A stretch of 64,000 nt of DNA, from positions 62,930,001-62,994,000 of the forward strand of contig OX597833.1 of the NCBI GenBank assembly GCA_951406725.2. The letters run 5' to 3'. The notes under the pieces were generated by a model that was not told the origin of the DNA, searched no databases, and saw only the letters and a list, made by a program, of their open reading frames with translations. The stretch is from Octopus vulgaris. Taxonomy: Eukaryota. Position 1 is the first letter of the stretch; each line of letters begins with the position of its first letter. The position numbers and the translations under genes are program-made. Positions 56,449-64,000 of this stretch are shown piece by piece.

Positions 56449-56751
56449 TGGCATTCCGTCGGTTACGATGACTGAGGTTACAGTTGATGCGATTAACGGA
56501 ATATATTTCTTTACTGATGCGATTAACGGAATAGTGTACCCTAAACGTAGTTCTCGGGAAGATTCAGCGTGACACAGGGCATAGCAAATCGGGTCCTTTT
56601 AAATACAGGTACAACACAGTTTTGCTTGCTGAGTGGAGAGGTGCGACTTGGAATAAAGTGTATTGCTCAAGGACCCAACACATCTCCGGGAATCGAACTC
56701 ACGACCTCACAATCGTGAGCCGAATATCTCCACCATTAAGCCACGTACCTT
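56449..56751 (-). mobile_element. tRNA-derived SINE (H2-like head, CORE-like middle, tail T3)
   Basis: Minus: GTGGCTTAATGGTGG...GAGTTCGATTCCC...TTGAGCAATACACTTTATT...GAGAACTACGTTTAGGGTACAC. Confidence 0.7.
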
Positions 56752-56918
56752 AAATAACGCAACACATATGGTGTATAAGACGTGCCTGCGCATTAGACGC
56801 ATCCCTACATTACATAGCTACGTGTGCGCAAAAGCACAATTTCAATAGGGTTTTTTTTAAATAGATTTTGGGAAAATATACAGCACGAAGTTTTGTCAGT
56901 GAAGAGGTCGCGGTCTCA

Positions 56919-57246
56919 AAGCGACGAAAATATTTTGACAAATTAAATTTAAATGTTGAAGTGAATCTAACGGTTTTTGTGTGTTTCTTAAATGACTCAT
57001 AAACACCTTCCACACTGCAATTGTGTTCGTTCCAGCACACGATCTCAGATCAGGCCACTTGCTATGCAAGTACATCTCCGATAAGCGATGAAAATATTTT
57101 GACAAATTAAACTTAAATGTTGAAGTGAGTCTAACGGTTTTTGTGTGTTTCTTAAATGGCTTATAAACACCTTCCACGCTGCAATTGTTTTCGTTCCAGC
57201 ACACGATTTCAGATCAGGCCACTTGCTATGCAAGTACATCTCCGAT
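56919..57246. repeat. Tandem duplication, 164 bp x 2
   Basis: AAGCGA(C/T)GAAAATATTTTGACAAATTAAA...GCAAGTACATCTCCGAT at 56919 and 57083. Confidence 0.9.
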
Positions 57247-57760
57247 ATTAAAGTGGTTTCGATGGAAAGAGCAACAGCAGAATATGTCTACTAAAACCAA
57301 CGTATGAGCTTTTGTGTATTGTAATATTATATGTAACTTAAAAGAGAAAGTATATGAAATTTACCCTGGCTGAAAGGATGCACCGCTCATTGATACCTTT
57401 GAATACTGGTTGATTCAGACACAGAAATATATTGTTTAAAAACTGGTTCAAAGTAAACCAGGAAACGAATTACAATAAACGAGAATGATTTTTTTTTTTT
57501 GAAAGATACAGAACTTGCAGACAAAACAAATATTTTATTAATATTAGCAGACAACGAGAGGAGAAGGAAAAAAAAAACTGAATGCATTCTGATAGAGACT
57601 TGTATTCTGATAATCTACACACATACAGAAACATACATACAAACCTACATACATACATATATACACATATACATACATACATGCACAAGTATATACATAT
57701 ATACGTACATACATGCACACGTATATACATACATATACATGTGTTCTTTTGTTCTTTCAT

Positions 57761-58154
57761 TCTTTTATATGTTCCGGTCGTTTGTCTGCGGCCATGCTGG
57801 AGCACCACCTTTTAGTCGAACAAATTGACCCCAGGACTTATCCTTGTAAGCCTGGTACTTACTCTATCGGTGCTCTTTTACCGAACCGCTAAGTTACGGG
57901 AACGTAAATACACCAACGTCGGTTGTCAAGCGATATTGGTGGGGACAAACACAAACACAAAGGTACATACATAAATATATATATACATATATATACACGA
58001 AAGATTTCTTTCAGTTTCCGTTTTCCACATCCACTCACAAGGATTTCGTCGACCAGAGGCTATACTAGAAGACACTTGCTCAAGGTGCCACGCAGTACGA
58101 CTGAACCTGGAACCGTGTGGCTCGGAAGCAAGCTTCTTACCACACAACCACGCC
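57761..58154 (-). mobile_element. SINE family A, full length, diverged
   Basis: GCGGCCATGCTGGAGCACCACCTTTAGTCGA...CCGAACCGCTAAGT...AAGACACTTGCTCAAGGTGCCACGCAGT. Confidence 0.85.
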
Positions 58155-59046
58155 ATCAACACACAAATTATTTGCTGATGCATTCTGGTATCTGACAAAC
58201 AGATAATAATTCATGAGGTGTATGCAGAACGCCTACATCGCAAACAGTAACGTATCTATTCACTCTGAACACGTTATGGACGATTCCGACGTGAGTGTCT
58301 GATCACTGTTGTTTGTTCAAAATCGGAACACGAGGTAAGCATCCTTAAACTGCGAATCGATCAAGGATTGAGTCCAATACTGCAGTATACGGATGGTTAT
58401 TTAGTTATCGATAGTGAAAGGATGCAAGCTGCAGGGGTGCCGCTGTGACACGCGGCACTTTAAATATGGAATTAGGCATTTTAAATATGGTGGTGCTAAT
58501 CTCTCTCCTGGTTTGAATATAATCGATTTCTTCATCAGGAAAAAAGATTAAGAATGAAAGACAAAAAAAAAAAAGAGCAAAAAACAAAAACATCTCAGAG
58601 AACTGGTGGCGGTACTACAGTGCTAGGTTGGTTCTTTAATGTGTCTATATCGAAAGAATGAAAGCGATGATCGTCTTCTTTAAGAGAAAACACTTGTCAC
58701 ACAATTTTCAGTATTTAGGTGGTGGAATGGTGCCATAAATTTTCGAGTATTTGGACAGTCTGGTGTAAACGGTGCCAGATCAACATGGAGGAGAAAGTAA
58801 AAAAAAAAAAGAAAAGAAAAAGAAAAAGAAAAAGAAAAAGAAAAAGAAAAGACACTAAGAAACTGAAAAAAGAGGAAAAGAAAATAGAAAAGAAAATGAT
58901 TTACCATATTCCGAATTCTATTATAATACGCCATTGCTCTTGGACATTTTTGTATCTTCTTTTTTTCATTCTTTTTTTTTTAAGAATTAACTTGTATTTT
59001 ATGATCGGCTGACTATTCATTGTAAAAATGGTAATAATTAATAATT

Positions 59047-59096
<50 letters not shown>

Positions 59097-59143
59097 AATG
59101 ATGATGATAATGATGATGATGATAATAGTAATAATAATAAAAT

Positions 59144-59205
<62 letters not shown>

Positions 59206-59237
59206 TAATAATAATAATAATAAAGAAATTATTTTTT

Positions 59238-59275
<38 letters not shown>

Positions 59276-59434
59276 TATCATCATCATCATCATTGTCATC
59301 ATCATCATCATAACCATTATTATTAATATTATTATTATTTTTAACAAGAAAAGTAATAATACCAATAACAACAACAATAATTATAAGAACGATGAAGATG
59401 ATGATGATGGTGATGGTGATGGTGATGGGGATGA

Positions 59435-59465
<31 letters not shown>

Positions 59466-59964
59466 GATGACGACGATCATAAAAAATAAGACCAATGCTT
59501 AGTCTAAACGAACGTAATAATGATGTTGTCTGGCAAAGAAGTACATCTGTATTGTGGTTAACGAACGATGTTCTGGCCTCTTTGTGTGTGTATGTGTGTG
59601 TAAGCATTCGTGCATGTGGGGAGATATATGTGTACCACGTTTGTGCGTGGATGTGTGGATATATGCATATGTATGTATGTATATATGTGTGTGTGTATTT
59701 ATATATACGTATTGGCTGCTGGGGGTGTTTGTCTCCCCTTCGTAAATGTATATAAGGACACCGGAAAAATGTGTCAAAGCCATCAGGAGGCGTCGATACT
59801 TCCTAGGGCTAAACAGCGGTGGTGTAATCCCCTACTGTCACGTTCACGTTAGATTGACAGTATACAACCATTCTATGTATATATATATGTATATATGTGT
59901 ATACATATATATATACATAAACACACATATACACACACATATATATATGAGTGTGTATATATAC

Positions 59965-60440
<476 letters not shown>

Positions 60441-60835
60441 CATATACACATACATATACATGCATACATATATATATATATATATATACATATATATATA
60501 CATACATATACACACATATATATATATGTGTGTGTGTGTATGTATATGTATGTGTGTGCACCTACATGTCAATATGTGCACATCTGCAATGTCTAACGTA
60601 TATTCGCAGTTATAGAACGAAAAATGGATTTTAATTTTATTTCATCTTTCGCCGTGAAATGTGTGATTTTGCGATACTGCCGTCACCTGAAAAGAGAGAG
60701 AGAGGGGGAGAGAGAGGGGGGAGAGAAGAAAAAGAAAATGGTGCTGAGGCAGTTAGGACACATCTCAACACCGCGATAATTACAGGTATGAAGCAAAAAC
60801 ATACAACCCAGTTGTTGCGTACAGAAATTTCGAGT

Positions 60836-61280
60836 AGTTTCAAATTTTGGCACAAGGCCAGCAATTTTGGGGAGAGAATAAGTCGAGTACATGGAGCCCA
60901 GTGTTTCACTGGTAGTTTTTTTTATCGACCTCGAAAAGACGAGTGTCGAAGTCAACCTCGGTGGAATTTGTACTTAAAATCGTGAAGACGGACAAAATGT
61001 TCTTAAGCATTTTTTCCGGCGTGCTAACGATTCTGTCATTTCGTTGCCTTAATATGCAGAAATATCGGTAACAAATTTTGGCACAAGGTCAGAAATTTCC
61101 TGTGGAGAGGGTAATTCAATTACATCATCCCCTGTGAGTCATTGGTTCTTATTTTATCGACTTCGAAAGGATGAAAAGCTAAGTCGGCCACGGCGGGATT
61201 TGAACTCAGAACGTAGAGACGGACAAAATACCACAAAACATTTTACCTAGCGGGCTAAAAACTCTGTCAGCTCGTCGACT
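60836..61280 (-). mobile_element. Two adjacent diverged SINE family B monomers
   Basis: TTTTGGCACAAGG at ~60845 and ~61076, each followed by GGA(A)TTTG(A/T)ACT...GCTAA...TCTGTCA. Confidence 0.75.
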
Positions 61281-61486
61281 TTTCTTACTCTTTAACATCG
61301 AGCCAAAGTCATCAGGACAACTGATTCCTTCTGCCGTGAACACGATTTGTTCTTTGTCTCAGATCATTATGTCGGGTCTCTTGATCAGAACATTTCACAC
61401 CTATATCCTTTTAGATTACGGAGTGGTATGCCTTCTGCTACGTCACTACAAGTCTTATATTTTGATTTTCAGTACAAGATACTCTT

Positions 61487-61661
61487 CGGCAGCGAGTCAG
61501 CAGAGTCGTTACCCCGTCGGCAAAAGTACTTAGAAGTATTTAGTGCGTCTTCTCAACCCTTTATCCCCTCAGGGTCGAAATGCCAGTTGAGCACTGGGGT
61601 TGATTTAATCGATTTACCCTCAGCCCCGAAATGGTTGGCCTTGTACCAAAATTTGAAACCA
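61487..61661 (+). mobile_element. Diverged SINE family B
   Basis: GGCAGCGAGTCAGCAGAGTCGTTA...CCAGTTGAGCACTGGGGTTGAT...GGCCTTGTACCAAAATTTGAAACC. Confidence 0.6.
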
Positions 61662-61810
61662 GTATTAAGATACCTTGCTTCTTTCCCCCAAAATGGACAA
61701 CAATAGAACCATGTAATTTAGATAGAACTAGAAAGCTGATTACAATGCACAACGCACCCTAAAAATAAGGGTTTCGGGGTTTTACATCAAGGGCCTGCAT
61801 CTCACTTACC

Positions 61811-61887
61811 CGGGCATATGGCGTAGTGGTTAAGAGCGCGGGCTACTAACCCCAAGATTCGGTGTTCGATTCCAGGCAGTGACCTGA
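61811..61887 (+). pseudogene. tRNA-like retropseudogene or monomeric SINE with (AAT)n tail
   Basis: TGGCGTAGTGGTTAAGAGCG (A box) and GTTCGATTCC (B box); acceptor, anticodon and T stems pair poorly. Confidence 0.7.
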
Positions 61888-61889
61888 AA

Positions 61890-61933
<44 letters not shown>

Positions 61934-62048
61934 CAACAACAACAATAATAAAAACAAAATAATAATAATACATATATATGTCTGCGTATATATGTATGTA
62001 TTTATAAGTATATATTTGTATATATGTGTGTATATATAAATATATAAG

Positions 62049-62110
<62 letters not shown>

Positions 62111-62487
62111 TATATGCTTTGTATGTATGTGTATATGTATAAATATATTTATGCTTGTATATGTATGCATATATACGCATGTATCCATATGTATATATTA
62201 GTATGTATATGTATATATATATATTTGTATGTATATGTATATATAAATATATAAATATATATACGTGTGTATCAGTGTATGGCTTCTGGGCTAACAGTCT
62301 AAGATGCGTTTGTGATTAGTAGAGGTATTATAACTGGGATGAAACGGAAGCCTAATTACTCTCTGATTAATGATTAATTTTCTTTGATTGGTACCGATTT
62401 AATCAATTAAATTCACTGCAAACTATTGAACCCATGAAGTTCGCTTGGAAGGATTTCGCTCGTTATTTCCAGTTTTGTGACTGCGAC

Positions 62488-62591
62488 ACTACAACAACAA
62501 CAACAACATCTACTACTACTACTACTACTACTACTACAACAACAACAACAACAACAACAACTACTACTACTACTACTACTACTACAACTAT

Positions 62592-62624
<33 letters not shown>

Positions 62625-62829
62625 AACTATTACTACTACAACAACAACTACTACTACTACTACAACTATTACTACTACAACAACTACTACTACTACTACT
62701 ACTAGTACTTCTACAACTATTACTACCACAACAACAACTACTACTACTACTACTACTACAACTATTACTACCACAACAACAACTACTACTACTACTACTA
62801 CTACTACAACTATTACTACCACAACAACA

Positions 62830-62864
<35 letters not shown>

Positions 62865-63000
62865 AACTACTACTACTACTGCTGCTGCTGCTACTACTAC
62901 TACCACCACCACCACCACCACCACCACCACCACTACTACCACTACTACAACAACTACCACTACAACAACAACAACAACAATAACAACTACTACTACTACT
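62488..63000. repeat. Compound (CTA)n/(CAA)n/(CCA)n array
   Basis: Direct reading. Confidence 0.95.
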
Positions 63001-63009
63001 TTCCACCAT

Positions 63010-63207
63010 AGTCACAAGGCGTGTGAAATACTGAGGGAGGACAAAGTTGATTACATCGAACACAGTGTTTCATTTGTACTTTGTTTATCGATTCCTTAAG
63101 GATGAAAGGCAAAGTCGAGCTCGGCGGAATTTGAACTCAGAACAAAGTGGCACACGAAATATCGCTAAACAATTTGCACGGCGTTCTAACGATTCTGCTA
63201 GCTCACC
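63010..63207 (-). mobile_element. Diverged SINE family B
   Basis: AGGATGAAAGGCAAAGTCGAGCTCGGCGGAATTTGAACTCAGAAC...CTAACGATTCTGCTAGCTC. Confidence 0.75.
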
Positions 63208-63297
63208 GATTCCTCCCCTTCCTCGGAAATTTCCAGGAAGTAATTTCTCTCCTACATCGGAACTATTAATTAATTATTTTATTATTGTAGTTATCTT

Positions 63298-63401
63298 TAA
63301 CCTGATGAGTGGCAATATTTATATTGAAGTCATTTTACTACTACTACTAATATTTTTACTATAATCATTTCTTAAATATAGACACGAAACACGTGTCGTT
63401 A
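63298..63401 (+). ncRNA. Type I hammerhead ribozyme motif with an enlarged loop II
   Basis: TAAC-CTGATGA-GTGGCAATATTT...(~53 nt)...AAATATAGACAC-GAAAC-ACGT-GTC-GTTA. Canonical core, G-C closing stem II, palindromic ACACGTGT stem III, GUC triplet. Confidence 0.75.
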
Positions 63402-63464
63402 TTCTACCAAATATATACGTTTTAATTATTATTTTGCACATTACTTAATCTTCGTTGTATGTTT

Positions 63465-63722
<258 letters not shown>

Positions 63723-64000
63723 AATGTGTGTAGTGGCTGCCGATCTATCATGACGACTGCCGGACAGAAGGGTCACACAGGAGAGAGAAGAAGTAGAGGA
63801 GATAACAAAGTAAAAGTGATCCCAAAACGACGGTGCGCTTGTGTGTAAGAGAGTACGTATGTACGTGTGAAAGAGGGCTGGTGGTCTTGACGTGTGTGTA
63901 TGTGTGTATGTGTAGGTGTGAAAATGTGGGGATTGGAATTGGTCAGTGCTGGTGTGTGGGTGGTGTGTTGTGATGTGATGTGATGTGTGGCATGGTGCAG

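Noticed and set aside
61811-61887. Functional tRNA gene
   Set aside because: Acceptor and T stems are disrupted, and there is no T-run terminator.

Overview
AT-rich eukaryotic (metazoan) non-coding DNA. The microsatellite density and the tRNA-derived SINE families are most consistent with an octopus genome (inference, no search run). I could not support any host protein-coding exon: nearly all listed ORFs are translations of (TA)n, (CA)n, (TATG)n, (ATT)n, (CCA)n and (GA)n arrays. The non-simple sequence is largely transposon-derived. It includes several tRNA-derived SINE families with interchangeable heads and tails, a 5'-truncated CR1-like LINE, an RTE remnant split by a SINE, and two restriction-like-endonuclease (RLE) retrotransposon remnants embedded in different microsatellites. 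It also holds a non-autonomous Helitron, several MITE/foldback elements and a Tigger/pogo-like element. The most notable unannotated layer is about a dozen hammerhead ribozyme motifs, four with intact cores and stem I, in Penelope-like pseudo-LTR remnants that are often arranged as inverted pairs. I see no evidence for a wholly new enzymatic system. Coordinates were read by eye and may be off by a few bp.
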